Assembly: GCA_000002445.1 (NCBI GenBank) | Contig: CM000208.1 | Coordinates: forward strand, 2,560,001-2,624,000 | Reading direction: 5' to 3' | DNA length: 64,000 bases | Origin: Trypanosoma brucei | Taxonomy: Eukaryota | In this document: positions 1-12,200 of the stretch, one piece after another | How positions within the stretch are numbered: position 1 is the first letter of the stretch | Layout of the letters: every line of letters starts with the position of its first letter | Translations under genes and position numbers: made by a program | Notes under the pieces: model-generated | Seen by the model: the letters and a program-made list of their open reading frames with translations, nothing else | Told to the model about the DNA's origin: nothing | The model's database searches: none

Positions 1-351
1 CGGAGTAAACACGTACTGACTAACCCACTACAAGGAAAAAGAAAAACATTTAGCATTAAAAAGGGAAGGTAAGGTAACATACGAGGCAGGGGGTATGCAC
101 AGAGCGAATAGCAATACAGCACATCGAGTTGCTGTACAAAATCCCAACGTGCCAGCCGATTCATCTCTTCCGCACCACCATCACATCAACACCGGTATCC
201 ATGAGGAACGCTGACACGCACTCGCTCACCCACACGAAGTCCCCGTCTTTGTCTCTCGCTCCGCTTCACTTCGCTTTTTCCCTTCCACGGAGACACTCGG
301 CTAACTATGCCACAAACTTACTTACAGTGCCAGCAAATGTTGGACCGTCAA

Positions 352-1257
352 TTAGTACTCGTACTGAAAATATAACGGACTCTCTCTAGGCCTGCGTGCG
401 CGCCGAAGGGCAACTGCAGAAAGAAGTAGTAGAATAAACCCACAAGCCATCAACGCACCAACCGTTGCTGGAAGGGCTGGTCGGGTGTCCTCTACAATCC
501 TCGACCCGCACGTGTCTCTATAGATGTTCGATTCGCCGCACACCGGGGAGCAATACAACTTCGGCCACGTAATCTCCTCCAGAGTTATCGGGTCGAGCAT
601 CACATGGCCGTCGCGGGACACAAGGTAACAAACGTGTGGCCGGATCCCAGGGATGTGCCTCGTTGCATTACTAAAACAGCACCTCCCCTTTTCGAAGCCA
701 GAGCATTTGTAATTCGCCTGGATGTTGCAAATGAGCTCAGGTTGCTCCTGCACAGCCTCGCGCCACACCCCCGAAAGCATTGTATCCAAAGGAAGGATGT
801 CCATCAACAAAAGGAGAAACAAAAGACCCAAGGACAGCACCGGTACCGCTGACGCCATGAGCATCACTGAGAATAGCATCGATGGCATCTTCGACTTGAA
901 GTACACTGAGAAAATGCCGACGACTCCCAGTAAAAGGTTGAACACACCAGTACAAAGCAGAACGACCTTGAAGAGTGACCAGTGATCGCCCCAATTTACC
1001 GCCGTCGAAAACAGACCCCACACCACAAACGGTAAACATAGGGTCGCACCAAGTAATATAAAGAAGAACGAAAAGCACGAGGAACAGCAACAGTACACCC
1101 CACAGGAACGACAGCAACCGCTTTCTACCTCCTCCTCCTCGACTTGTACATACATGCTGCTCGACCAATAATCATCATTCCTAAACGCGTACGCGTCTGG
1201 CCCCCGCACATAGCCTTGGGCCGGCTCGGTCTGATCAAGCAGTTTTCCTCCGGCCAT
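352..1257 (-). CDS. Tetraspanin-like membrane protein with four transmembrane helices. TM1-3 are clustered near the N-terminus. A ~110-aa Cys-rich loop follows, then TM4 near the C-terminus. Hypothetical.
   Basis: Long minus-strand ORF of 301 aa. I read the hydrophobic segments off the translation: FSFFFILLGATLCLPFVVWGLF, LFKVVLLCTGVFNLLLGVVGIFSVYF, MLFSVMLMASAVPVLSLGLLFLLLL and ACGFILLLLSAVAL. The large loop carries 8 Cys including a CC pair. Topology inferred by eye, not by a predictor. Confidence 0.4.
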   Translation of the reverse strand: MAGGKLLDQTEPAQGYVRGPDAYAFRNDDYWSSSMYVQVEEEEVESGCCRSCGVYCCCSSCFSFFFILLGATLCLPFVVWGLFSTAVNWGDHWSLFKVVLLCTGVFNLLLGVVGIFSVYFKSKMPSMLFSVMLMASAVPVLSLGLLFLLLLMDILPLDTMLSGVWREAVQEQPELICNIQANYKCSGFEKGRCCFSNATRHIPGIRPHVCYLVSRDGHVMLDPITLEEITWPKLYCSPVCGESNIYRDTCGSRIVEDTRPALPATVGALMACGFILLLLSAVALRRARRPRESPLYFQYEY

Positions 1258-1692
1258 GCTGCGCGCCTTTCCGTTATCCCTCTCACGTTCAGTACCTTTT
1301 CTTCAACGTGTAGGTGGCCTTTCAACCTCGACAGCTGTTACAGCAAAAAACAAATCGGTTGCAACCGAGTTCGCTCACTACCTTCACGCTCACTACGGAA
1401 AGAAGGAAAAAAGTGAATGCAGACGTAGGCAGGTGTAGGCAGTTGTGTCACAACACACAAAAACGGGAAGAAACAAAGTCGCAGAAGATCCCGCGTACCA
1501 GCACTCCACCCCAACCCCCTTTAGCATCGGGCGTTCTGTACAGTCTGGAGGCGAGATCGCATGCAACAACCTCTCAGACCACCTTATTCGCCGCTCCCAA
1601 TTCAGTTCCGCAAAATATGCCCGAAATATCTAAACCAAATGGCTCGGGAGCGCACCGCTTCGGAGATGTACACCTCCCCTCCCACCCATACC

Positions 1693-4600
1693 TTATTCAA
1701 TCACTCCATAAGAGGCAGTCATGTTCCCTTGTGAAGTACTCTCGTATTCAGCATCCCATTCATACTGGTATTTCGCGCTTTCCTTACAGTATGAGACCAC
1801 AAGGACACAATAGGGGCTGCGACTTAACACATTATCGCCCATGTGGAACATGCGATAGGGATTTAGCTCCTCTTGAGACGCAGCCGCGCCCTCTGGTGGC
1901 TCCGGACCCCGTCCCATTTCCGCGCCGCACATGCTCCTTCCGTTACCCTCACTCACAGGGTAAACCATCACACGTAGCTTTCGTGCTGAACGTTCATTGC
2001 TTTGAAAATTGAGACGAAAGCGAAGGTAGACACGTGTTGGTGGCGTACAACGGCTGTTAGCACCCCCGCCAAAGCGTTGCAAGATGGATGTTCTCTCAGC
2101 CACTTTATCGATGACATGCTTGGCAGCCTCAGCCACCTCCTGCAATAGTTTTTCTTCAGCTTCCGATTCTGCCTGGGTTGCGTCCTTTTCGTTGGTAAAG
2201 TTTTCCAGAATGGAGGGCCACTGCACGCCGAGGTGAAAGCGAAGCTGCTTCCGGCTCTGATAATAAAGGAACTGCGGTTCATTGACTGTTCCATACACAC
2301 GTAACGTACCATCCGCAAACCTGCCGGACGCACCCTTCTCTGAGGACACAGGCGAACGTCGACGCAGAAGCAGCGAAAAGTAGTCCTTTACTCCCAACCC
2401 CCTTCTGGACCGCTCACACACCCGTTGGTAAATTCTGCTTCGTTTGCACCGACCATACGAAATTGGATTATATGGCTTGTTAGGAGAGAAGCACATTGGC
2501 ACATATGAGACAGCGATGTAGAGCCTCTTTGTTTCTTCACGGGGTTTATGATCCTGAAGACTGGCGTCAAACTCGTCACGGGTAACGAGAGGAGGCCCGA
2601 GCACTGCAAGCCAGGGAAGCGGTAGGTACAGACGGGGCACGCCGCTCGTAAGAGGTTGATTACCGACGCCAAGAGACGCCATCGGATAGCACGCCTTGCC
2701 GCCGCCCTCCAAGATGGAAAAGACACCGCCATCGTCGGTGCTGCTGTCACCACTAACAAGGCAACCATTAAATGAAAGTGAACCTCGACTGGAAGAGACG
2801 AGTGACTCAACCCCCAGTGCGCGCGCGACAAATTTAATAGCAGATGCGTCAGTAGGCAAAATGCTCTCTTGGCTTCCGAAGACCTCGCTAGTAGAAGAAC
2901 AGAACGAGCCGAGAAACAGTACAGGGTCCTTCGGCTCCTGACCGTCGAGAGCCTGGCCGCAGTTCCTGGGGTACACTCTGTATAGAACCGCCGAGCAGTC
3001 GATATTGGGTACGTTAACGCTGTTGAGATTTTTGTGATCATTCCCCATCAAGTTGTACACGTCAAAATTGACGGCGCCACCGTTTGTGGGTTCGCAGGGT
3101 CTGAGCATGAAGAGCAACGATAAGACCGACGACAACACACCTTCATGGGCGCAATAACTCCATTCAGCTGTGCCTCTTTGCCTTGGGACCTTTCCATCCA
3201 TCAACGATTCAACAAAGGCCCCGGCGGTGTTGCGCAGCGACACGGGCAGCCGCTCAAGGTTTGAAGCAAAGAAGTTAGGAAGGAAGGGTCGAGGCAACCG
3301 CACAAACGCCGAGTCGACGTGAAGATTGCTGGCCTGCTTTGCAGTTAGCGAGTTTTTAGAATTCACCAAACTTCGGTGGTGCTTGTGAAAGGCAGCAAAA
3401 AGCTGCCGAGGAAAGATGGAAACTACAAAAAGGGGGAGTCGTGGTGGCAGAAAAGTATCCAAAAGTTGAGGGAAAGGCGAGATGCGAGGCTCGCTACTTC
3501 CGACCCGTGTGTCACCGGTGCTCCCACCACCCTCCCATTCTGCAAGGTACCAGAAATCGCGCTTACCCGCGGACACACGAAAGACCTCGTCGATGTCCTC
3601 CTGATGGTTACCATCTGGCCCACTGCTCGCAGTTCCACCGGCCCTTGGCGCAGAGCGCAACCCACATATACCCGCACCGACGGGGAGACGACTATCCATC
3701 ATTTCCTGGGCGGTCGCTTTCTTAGCAACCATTTCGTTGTAAACATTAGTCAACCGCCTCCACCACTCTGCAACCAGGATGCTCCTTTGTTGCTGTTCCC
3801 GTGCCGTAATTTCAGCGAGCGCTTTGGCGAAGAATTTCAGCACCAGCGACGATATCATTGACCATGTGTGTCCCGGAGCCTCAGACGAGAGCTCCGCCGG
3901 CACCCACCACTTCGCTCCCAGTTCAAATAAAACACTCTTTCGCGTTCCGCGGCGATCATCGACACCCTGCATCTCATTACCCATAAGTACCAATATATCA
4001 CCCACATACCCCTGGTCTCCGTTGACAGTAGCAACTCCCACTGGAATACAAAACACATCACGATAAGCAAGTCCCTCACTCCACTTCCGCAGTTCTTCTG
4101 TAAAATCCCCCGTTTGCCGCTTGGAGTTGTCCACTTTGAAGTAGAAGTCGATTTTGGAATGATAAATCTTCTCGGATGACAGTGCATCCTTCTCGGGCCG
4201 ATCTGAATCGGCTTCCAGATCAACTGCATGCTCTTCGACCACACTCTGTCCCTCGCTTACCACTACCCCCTCGGTACCTGTCACATTTTTGCCACCAGGT
4301 ATCGAATCGTCCCCTTCATCGTCATCATCAGATGACGACGACACCTCCTCGTTATCAACCATCTCCTGCGTGTCCGACAAGAGGTAAACCGCCCGCCGCT
4401 CCAACTTTTTCTCCTGGCCTTGAAACTCTACAAATATGTCGAGGGCGAAAACCATCTCATTCTCGCGGTCCTCCAACCGCAAATCCACTGTCACCTCCGT
4501 TTGAAAAACACGATCTACTAACCGCGTCATTTTGGAGGTGTCGGCAGCGGTTGGCTTTTCAGGAGTGTATTTACCCGGCCAATACTTCCTTTGGACGACA

Positions 4601-6222
4601 CTAAGAGCCGGCGCCTCACCGGACAGAGCAACACTTGGTGAGTTGTCGTATTTAATCCTAATTTGGGCTTTGCGGCCCTGAACAACCTCCTCCGGAGGAG
4701 CGACCACGATGGTGCCGAGAGTCCTTTCCTCTTCCCTGCCAACCACTTGCAGAATAGTTTCATCAGTAAATATGGCGTCAACCTCAACACGAAGGAAGAG
4801 AGAACGGTCCTGTCCACTCATCCCAACTGATTCCAACCCACCAGCATGCGTGCTAGCCTTGGACCCAGAAGAGACTCCTATACATTCTTGGACTAGTGAC
4901 AAACTCTTGAGAGTTCCCTCGAAAGTTACATTCTGCCGCACCGGTGCCGTAATACTCCAGATCGTACGCATGGGACGCTCCACGTGAGTGCGCAACGGAC
5001 GACTTTCGCAACTCTGGAATATGTTACCAGCGAACATTGTGGCTTTCCACAGCGCAGCCAAGGTCGGGCCCTCAAACCACGCCTGACCCAAGAAACTTTC
5101 GAGGGCACGTTCAATGCCGCCAGGACCTGGTGAGCCACCAAGTAGCCAATCCCTGGCGCCCCCACTTGGGGCGACTGGTCGAGAGAAAATGGTACGACAA
5201 CGCTCACTGGCAGCACGTAAAATATCATGGAAGTTACTTGACCGCGGCACAGCCGCCTCCACGACCTGGCGCACAAGTCCGTGACCCTGACGCACCAACG
5301 AGCACCCAACGTCTTCAGTGGCATCTCCTTCCCGGGCAAACGACGTAACACGAACAGTTGACCGCACGCACCGCAGTTGGTCGTGTGAAAAGAGCTGGGT
5401 GCTATTAGCGACCTCCATTTCTGAGGGAGAGAGAGAGTGAACACAAACCTCAACCTGGGAAAAGAGGAGGTTCTTTTGAGCCCACCGCAGCGCCGCATAA
5501 CCCCCATCCGTTGAGGTGGAGTAACACTGCACAGCATCAAGAATGACAAGCTCCGGTAGCGGTGAGGCACCACATTCGGCTTCGCCATTGGCTGCCCCAT
5601 TACTTGTGTCCGCATTGATGCTCTCGTGGCTGGTTGCACCCCCGTTGTCATCAGCCGATTTATCGGCCCAGTGCACTACATACACATCTCCGCGCAACAC
5701 ATCGACAACCCTCCCAGCAACCACCTTACGGAACAACCCGCTGCTCTCATGCCGAGACATATCTCCCGCCCATGCGCAGGGAATCGCGGAAGCCGCACCG
5801 ACCTTCACGGGTTCTCCCAGCGCCCCTCGCTTCTCAGCATCGATAAGATCCTCAAGCCGAAAGCAAATGGGCCGTATAATACGACCAACCCCGAGAAACA
5901 ACAACGTCTCTTGCAGCGATGCCCATTCCGTTGCCTGCCCATTGGTGGAGAAAATGATGTCCCCATAACCGAGAAGTGGGAACTCTGCGTAGTAGTCTTG
6001 ACGCAGATATTTATGCGAGGCATCACGTATCATCGAAACCGCCTTATCAATAGCGCACTCGAGCACTGGCGCCGTGCCACGTGGCACATCCACAGCCGAC
6101 AACTCACAGCTGATGACTCGGCGGTACAGCGGAACTCTAACGTTGAAGACATTTTTAGCAAGCCAACAAATTGAATTAATGGGAACCAGTACCCCATCCC
6201 GCTTAACGAGGGGAGTTACCAT
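1693..6222 (-). CDS. Large conserved hypothetical protein (1509 aa) with an internal acidic Ser/Asp-rich segment. I recognise no catalytic motif.
   Basis: Uninterrupted 4.5-kb minus-strand ORF, same strand as all neighbouring genes. Codon composition resembles the other genes. Acidic stretch SSSSDDDDEGDD. Antisense ORFs in the same span are short. Confidence 0.5.
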   Translation of the reverse strand: MVTPLVKRDGVLVPINSICWLAKNVFNVRVPLYRRVISCELSAVDVPRGTAPVLECAIDKAVSMIRDASHKYLRQDYYAEFPLLGYGDIIFSTNGQATEWASLQETLLFLGVGRIIRPICFRLEDLIDAEKRGALGEPVKVGAASAIPCAWAGDMSRHESSGLFRKVVAGRVVDVLRGDVYVVHWADKSADDNGGATSHESINADTSNGAANGEAECGASPLPELVILDAVQCYSTSTDGGYAALRWAQKNLLFSQVEVCVHSLSPSEMEVANSTQLFSHDQLRCVRSTVRVTSFAREGDATEDVGCSLVRQGHGLVRQVVEAAVPRSSNFHDILRAASERCRTIFSRPVAPSGGARDWLLGGSPGPGGIERALESFLGQAWFEGPTLAALWKATMFAGNIFQSCESRPLRTHVERPMRTIWSITAPVRQNVTFEGTLKSLSLVQECIGVSSGSKASTHAGGLESVGMSGQDRSLFLRVEVDAIFTDETILQVVGREEERTLGTIVVAPPEEVVQGRKAQIRIKYDNSPSVALSGEAPALSVVQRKYWPGKYTPEKPTAADTSKMTRLVDRVFQTEVTVDLRLEDRENEMVFALDIFVEFQGQEKKLERRAVYLLSDTQEMVDNEEVSSSSDDDDEGDDSIPGGKNVTGTEGVVVSEGQSVVEEHAVDLEADSDRPEKDALSSEKIYHSKIDFYFKVDNSKRQTGDFTEELRKWSEGLAYRDVFCIPVGVATVNGDQGYVGDILVLMGNEMQGVDDRRGTRKSVLFELGAKWWVPAELSSEAPGHTWSMISSLVLKFFAKALAEITAREQQQRSILVAEWWRRLTNVYNEMVAKKATAQEMMDSRLPVGAGICGLRSAPRAGGTASSGPDGNHQEDIDEVFRVSAGKRDFWYLAEWEGGGSTGDTRVGSSEPRISPFPQLLDTFLPPRLPLFVVSIFPRQLFAAFHKHHRSLVNSKNSLTAKQASNLHVDSAFVRLPRPFLPNFFASNLERLPVSLRNTAGAFVESLMDGKVPRQRGTAEWSYCAHEGVLSSVLSLLFMLRPCEPTNGGAVNFDVYNLMGNDHKNLNSVNVPNIDCSAVLYRVYPRNCGQALDGQEPKDPVLFLGSFCSSTSEVFGSQESILPTDASAIKFVARALGVESLVSSSRGSLSFNGCLVSGDSSTDDGGVFSILEGGGKACYPMASLGVGNQPLTSGVPRLYLPLPWLAVLGPPLVTRDEFDASLQDHKPREETKRLYIAVSYVPMCFSPNKPYNPISYGRCKRSRIYQRVCERSRRGLGVKDYFSLLLRRRSPVSSEKGASGRFADGTLRVYGTVNEPQFLYYQSRKQLRFHLGVQWPSILENFTNEKDATQAESEAEEKLLQEVAEAAKHVIDKVAERTSILQRFGGGANSRCTPPTRVYLRFRLNFQSNERSARKLRVMVYPVSEGNGRSMCGAEMGRGPEPPEGAAASQEELNPYRMFHMGDNVLSRSPYCVLVVSYCKESAKYQYEWDAEYESTSQGNMTASYGVIE

Positions 6223-7187
6223 ACGATTTGCCCGTTATGTGAAACCTCAGAATAAATGAAAACAACCGCGACGACACAGTGTGACACACACGGAAGAAAA
6301 CAAGGTGGGGCGCCCACAATAAAGGGACGTCAGAGAGACAAAGGGAAAAAGAGGTAAAGGGAGCAAGTCTTCCAAAACGTACGACGTTAGACACCGTCAC
6401 GCACCCCACACGTGGAACCACACAAACATTCCAGGGGAAAATAAAATACAGATACTTGAAAAACTGTCTTTCACGGTCAAAAATACTCAGCGATGCTGCT
6501 TCAGCGAAGTGAGTGTTGAACACCCAAATGAACCAAAACTGGGAACCTTGCGAAGCCAAAGAAAGCAGCTGATCTGACTGAGCAGGGGACCACATGGATC
6601 GAATCGAGGTATGCAATAATTTCCCTCATCTCACCCAAACAGTAGGCAAACCCTCGGCCATGATCAGGTTGGCGGGGCCCAAATCCCTCGCCGACTGAGT
6701 GTGGAAAGACGCATACGAAGACATTCTTGCTATAACTGTCACCACCAACCCACATTTAATGCATGCAAAGCCACCGATGCATTACATAACAGCAACCTAA
6801 CACGACCGCGCACCAAACCCGCCTGTATGGATAAGAGACCTCAGGTCTGCTGTCACGGTATAATCCTCCCTCCATCTCCGGGGTCGCTATGCATGCCACG
6901 CAAACGATAAAACCAACAGCAAAAATTGGAACGATACGAAATACGAGTAGTTGCGAAGACGATAACGATGAGTTTCGACAGCGAATCAAATGAAACACAG
7001 AGCTAGAGGCATTAATCCCCACCAAAAAAATAGGTGAAATTTTTTGGCGCATGCCCAGCTATGCGGTCCACAAAAAAAAAAATCTCCCTCCCCCCTCAAG
7101 CGCACTGCCGCCGTTTCCCTGCAACACAGATGATGAGCAGAGGCCAAAACCCCGCATGCTTTTGCTTGTGCGTCCGCATACAAACAT

Positions 7188-8891
7188 TTACACAACAAGG
7201 TCGTTCGTTGAATATTCCACAATGACATAATGCAGGTCCCGTGCATTTCCCTCTCTCATGCGCCTGAATGCCTCCTCGCTATCCAGAAAGGTCTCCCCTG
7301 ACAGCGTACAAAAGTACTGTGTCGAGGAGAAGAACGAGGGACATGCTTCAAGATCCTGCCTTGACCGAGGAAACATAGGAGTGGGCGCACTCGTCTCACT
7401 TGTGTCAACCACTGGCACCCCCGCACCTGAAGAATCGATTATTACCGGTGCAAGAAGACGGAAGGAAACCACATCGAAAGTTGCGTGTGCCACAAAAGAC
7501 ACAACTCTCCATGATTCGCGTAATGCCTGGAATACTGAAAGACTGGAAGGGAAATAACAACTAACAACGGCGCCGCCACCTTTCATCTGGGGTGAAATCC
7601 CAATCCGCACCCCTTTGCATTGCCCACTATCCTTGTTTCCATACGCACCAACCAGCACCTCCCGTAGAGCGTCACAACCCGCCCCGCGGAGAGTTGATAC
7701 ATCTTGACTGATCGTAATCTCTAGCATGAGCGAGCCCTTTTGCTGCACCCCTTCGACCTCGTGGCCCCCCTCGACAGGTCTTTCTCCCTTCGGTTTCCCC
7801 CACTTCAGCACATTCCGCAGCCACGGCAACAACTGAGATCCCGTCCGCCGCTCCGAGAGGTAATGCCATCCATCAAACTCAGGGCGACTGAACCGAAGCG
7901 CCGCAGCAAACATGGAGAAGAGTGGTGCAGCGCTCAACCACAAAGTACGGACGGCACTTGAGCAAGAACCTCCGCTCGGATAATGAGATGTACACGGTTT
8001 GAAATGCTTCCCATGATCAAGACACTCAGTCCTCTGTGTAGAAAAGGTGTCGGGGGTCACAGAGAAGTGATGACGAAGTGCTTCGCTCACGCCACTGAGG
8101 CCGTGCGCCGTCCCCGGACACGCAAAAGCCTCCTCCGAAAGAGTGGAAGCAACCTTCCCGTGTACGTCATGCTCAAGAACTTCCACACGGCTACCGTCGA
8201 CAGTGTAACCTATACAATGACATTCATGGAATGCACGACCCCTTGACGCGTCCACGGCCCGCCTTGCGCTCCAAAACGGGTCGAGGGCCCCGCCATCTAC
8301 AGCTATTGCTGAATGATAAACGACACAAGGAATGCGTTCCAGTTCATCGAAAGCAGCGAGAACCTCGCGCCGGACAACTGACGCCACATTACCGGCAGTT
8401 AGCTCCGTCGCCTCATGGTAGAACACAACAGGAGCGTCCACAAGCTCTACCTCATCGGTACTAACCAGCGGCGATAGGCAGTGCTGCAGCTGTCCCCTCA
8501 ATTTCCTGGGAAAATTGACTAGAACCAGCTTGGGCTTAAAGTTGGTTTTCGCTCCTGTTGCACCCAGCGTCGTGTTCTCACCCCCGTTCAATAGCCGTCG
8601 ACCCTCCCCGCCCCACAAAAGCTGTGGTGAGCCTCTGCTGCTGCTGCGCCATGCGGAATAGATGGTGAAGGCACCCATACACAAAATGCCCATCCCAACA
8701 ACGAACGACTCCTCTCGGCCAGTCGATGAGCCGCCCTCAGTACTCAATGGGGTTTCATCATCGACAACTGGAGGGGTGGCGACGCCGCTGGCTTTAGTGG
8801 TAGATGGAGTGGCAGGGCCCGCGACACCGCTACTGGTCCCAGTAGCGGTAGACGGTGTAACACGAACCCGATCCAGGTCCCTGAGTCCCAT
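7188..8891 (-). CDS. Hypothetical type-II membrane protein. It has a Ser/Thr/Pro-rich stem, a single TM (GMGILCMGAFTIYSAW) and a globular C-terminal domain that may be glycosyltransferase-like. The start is taken at the internal Met (MGLRDL...). The full ORF extends to 9122.
   Basis: The ORF runs 7188..9122, but the first 77 codons are low-complexity and AT-rich. They overlap a plus-strand purine-rich (minus-strand polypyrimidine) stretch at ~8940-9060, typical of a trans-splice-site region. ATG at 8891 (revcomp of 'cat' 8889-8891) is the more plausible start. The function is not recognised. Confidence 0.45.
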   Translation of the reverse strand: MGLRDLDRVRVTPSTATGTSSGVAGPATPSTTKASGVATPPVVDDETPLSTEGGSSTGREESFVVGMGILCMGAFTIYSAWRSSSRGSPQLLWGGEGRRLLNGGENTTLGATGAKTNFKPKLVLVNFPRKLRGQLQHCLSPLVSTDEVELVDAPVVFYHEATELTAGNVASVVRREVLAAFDELERIPCVVYHSAIAVDGGALDPFWSARRAVDASRGRAFHECHCIGYTVDGSRVEVLEHDVHGKVASTLSEEAFACPGTAHGLSGVSEALRHHFSVTPDTFSTQRTECLDHGKHFKPCTSHYPSGGSCSSAVRTLWLSAAPLFSMFAAALRFSRPEFDGWHYLSERRTGSQLLPWLRNVLKWGKPKGERPVEGGHEVEGVQQKGSLMLEITISQDVSTLRGAGCDALREVLVGAYGNKDSGQCKGVRIGISPQMKGGGAVVSCYFPSSLSVFQALRESWRVVSFVAHATFDVVSFRLLAPVIIDSSGAGVPVVDTSETSAPTPMFPRSRQDLEACPSFFSSTQYFCTLSGETFLDSEEAFRRMREGNARDLHYVIVEYSTNDLVV

Positions 8892-9263
8892 AAGCTTGCA
8901 ACACCTCACTGAATGGTAGGCACAGTCACACACGGGAAGCGCAGAAATAGATCGGGAAAGGGGAGCAGCAGGAGGCAAAGAACAAACACAAAAATGAAAG
9001 AAACAGCCAAAAAGGGATGAGGAAAGGAAATGGCGTGAAAACACAAATCCACACAGGCGGTAAACATAATCATCACAACATTTGAAATGTAAAAAAAAGT
9101 ATTGGTAGTTGTACAGTTTCATCCAACTTGCTTTGTATATTGCCGCGCCGTATTCACATAAAAACTTTTCTTTCCTTGCAATAGTTAATCAATGGCTGTT
9201 GTGCACTGAATTTGGAACGTGAAAAGAAATTTTACAACCCCTATAAACTACACCTCCCCCTCC

Positions 9264-12200
9264 CTAGTACAGAACGTCACCATCGCCGTCCTCACTAGCA
9301 TTGTCCTCCACGTCAAGCTCATCGAAATCATCGTCATCGTCGTCGTAATCGTCATCATCATCCTCGTCATCATCCTCGTCATCGTTGTCCCCGCTAGCAC
9401 TCGATTCACAGTCTTCGCCAACATCTCCAGCCACAACCTGGTCGTCATCGTCGTCATCGTCGTCGTCATCGTCGTCATTGGACGATTCATCATCACTGAT
9501 TACTCCGTGAAGCGTTGAACCGCTGACTGCCGGCGGAGCATCACCTAACCGCGGTTGCAGACTAAGTGTACGAAGCACCTCCGCCCGAAGCTCAGCCAGC
9601 GACACGTTGAACGAACAGGACTTTTCACGATTCATGCCCTTCTGATCTGTACGTCGCTCCTTCCGCGTCGCAAGAGCGTACGAACCTCCAAAATTTGCAA
9701 TTATATGTGTCTGAATACCATCGGATGAGCCAGCTGTTGCAAGAATAAGCCATGCTCGCTCAACTAGAGCCCTGTAGCCCGAGGAGCTGTCACTGAAGTT
9801 TGTCGAGAGAAGTCCAACACCACGGGCAAGCCGAGCCCCCATGTTCTCGAAATGACGAGTGCCGTAGGAAACTTCCCTCAGGGTAGTTCCACTAACGCCC
9901 TCAAACGCATTGGCCTTCGATTGCTGTCGCTGGTCGTGGTAATCCCCAGGTTTCATCAATCCTCGCATGTTACAACCGGGTAAGCCCTCAATGGCATCGT
10001 CCAACCCTCCCATCATCGTTGCCTCCAGAGTGTAGCTCATGCGTATCCCAAACTGGCGATACATCACTACCCTCCCTGTGTGTCGTTTACTCTTCTGCAC
10101 CGCGAAAGAGCACTGCGGCAGGGAGAAAGCTGCGGAAAGCTGACTCAGCAAAATGGGTAGCAACTTCTCAGGGGTGACTGAATCTGCAGCCGGAGACGCA
10201 GTGGAATTTAGAGACTGCTTGCGATTATTGGACGAAGGGATCGAATAAGCCGACCCCACAGTACCAGGGATTGACGCAGGCAATTTCACAGCGGGCCTCT
10301 TCTTAGACGTTGCGACCGAGCGCATGCAACCGTACATCAAGAAATTTTTTGAACGCGAGTGACCATGAAGATCCACAAATAGTGGTACGCGGCGCTGCTC
10401 CTTCTCAATAATGTGCCGCGCAATTTGCTTCAACGAATACACTACTGGGTTGGTCGCTGGATTTGGATTCGCGTAGTCACGGTTAAGGTCGGCACCGCCA
10501 ATTGAGCAGCGGTGATTTCCCAGAACGACACCATCAGGATTCAGCATGGGGATAACCTTCCACACATATCGGTTACGAAGGGCATGAGAATTATCTCGAT
10601 TAGACAACAGGAAAGACATAAGACCGCGAAGGACCCAACTGGAGTTGCTCTCCCCTGGATGAACACGGGCTGTAACAAGTAGAACAGGACGTTCCTTTAT
10701 GGGTCTGAACTCCTCTGGATCCATATTGCTCGAACCGAGCTTCCTCTCCCTCGGCGTTTCCGCCACCTCTGTGTGAATAGCACTACTGTCGTCCTCAACG
10801 CCAACATTGCCACGGATGTCACTTGCTGTCAGCGTCAAAATGGGCACGGGAAGTCCACCAGGAGTGCAACACAGCTCCTGCACCGCAAACAGAAGGGAAG
10901 GACCAAACACCGCGCTTGCTTGAAGCTTCCACCGCTCAACGTCGGACAGTAGGTTCGAGTAGGTGTACGGGTAACAGTTTGCGATAAACACGCATCCCTT
11001 CCTCTCAGGAAACTGGATACTGAAACTGAGCGTATAGCAATGTGACGGTTCCTCCTTCCGTTGTGACGAGCGTTTCTTGTTCGTTGCCTTCTTTTTCTTT
11101 GGTCTATCAGAGCTCTGCTGTTTATTACTATTCTTTGGTCCCTCGCCCTCCTCCACCGACGGTGCAGGGGAGTTGTCGACAGCAGGAGTCGTGGTGGAGC
11201 GGGCCGGCCGCTGATAACTGTTCCTGTAGTAAAAGATGTCGTGCCCGCAGTGCTTCCATTGTGGAGCTTGCGATGCCGCCCCCATAGAACCTGATGACTC
11301 AAAGAACAACATAAGGGGTTGTTGCCCTTCATTGAAAGTTGAACTGGATTTCTCCATGTTGAGAATGTTAAAATGGTACGTCGCCCCAGGTGCGTAATCC
11401 TCCACACTGAAGCAGAACCACTGAACATGACAATTTGTATTAGTATCTGGGCTTAACACAAGATCGTACTCCATGTCATCGACAGCGATCGCGCGCTGCA
11501 GGTTACCGCTCTCAAAATTGGACCTAAACTTTAAAACGCCTTTGAAATCCCCGGACGGAAGCGGCGGAGGGAACCTCAGCGAACTCTCTAACCTCTTCGC
11601 CTCCCTGTCACACATATTAAATACATCCTGCGGTTGTGACGCCACGGTCAACGGTGGCCTCTCGTAGACAACACAATCAGAAAATCGCGGACACATGCTC
11701 AAACGCCCTATTAGTCGTTTCATCACTCGTACTCGCGTCTCCAAAGATGGCTGAAGAAGCAGCTTCGGCTGTTCATCGAGGGAAAGGGAGTAATCGCTGC
11801 TCAACACGGGGTGATCCGCTGCCGGACGATCCGATGAGACAAATTCTTGACATAATGGTATGCCTTCGTCAAAAAAATCCCAGGGCAACCCATTTGGGGC
11901 GGTAAATGTAGACGGAATATGTGCTGCTCCAGCCATCGCCGAAGCATTTGCAGGCGGGAGCAGAGACATATATCCCCTGGCACACCTGTCAACGCGCAAC
12001 TCTGGAGAAAAGAAACTAGGTTCCGCGTCCACCAGAGGGGGCGCGTGCACTTCGGTCGCAACCTTCGCGCCCGGAGGGAGATGAATATGCGACAGGGAAT
12101 CCTCCTGTTCCCCCCGTGCCTTCCGCTGATGCTGAGGGAGCAAAGGCAGGGTAGGAACAACACGCACTGTGGAAGAGACTTGCTCAACACATTGCAGCAC

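Noticed and set aside
1314-2012. Plus-strand ORFs antisense to the long minus-strand genes. Examples: 1314..2012, 5626..6174, 50157..50840, 50973..51713, 51539..52003 and 60812..61444.
   Set aside because: Each is shorter than, and fully overlapped by, a minus-strand ORF with recognisable protein motifs (HSP83, MSH2 and others). Their translations are low-complexity with no motifs, so I treat them as spurious antisense frames.
9219-9518. ORFs 9219..9518 + (IVIVVVIV...) and 9248..9496 - (MTTMTTT...).
   Set aside because: They are other frames of the GAT/GAC-rich poly-Asp tail of the carboxypeptidase gene.
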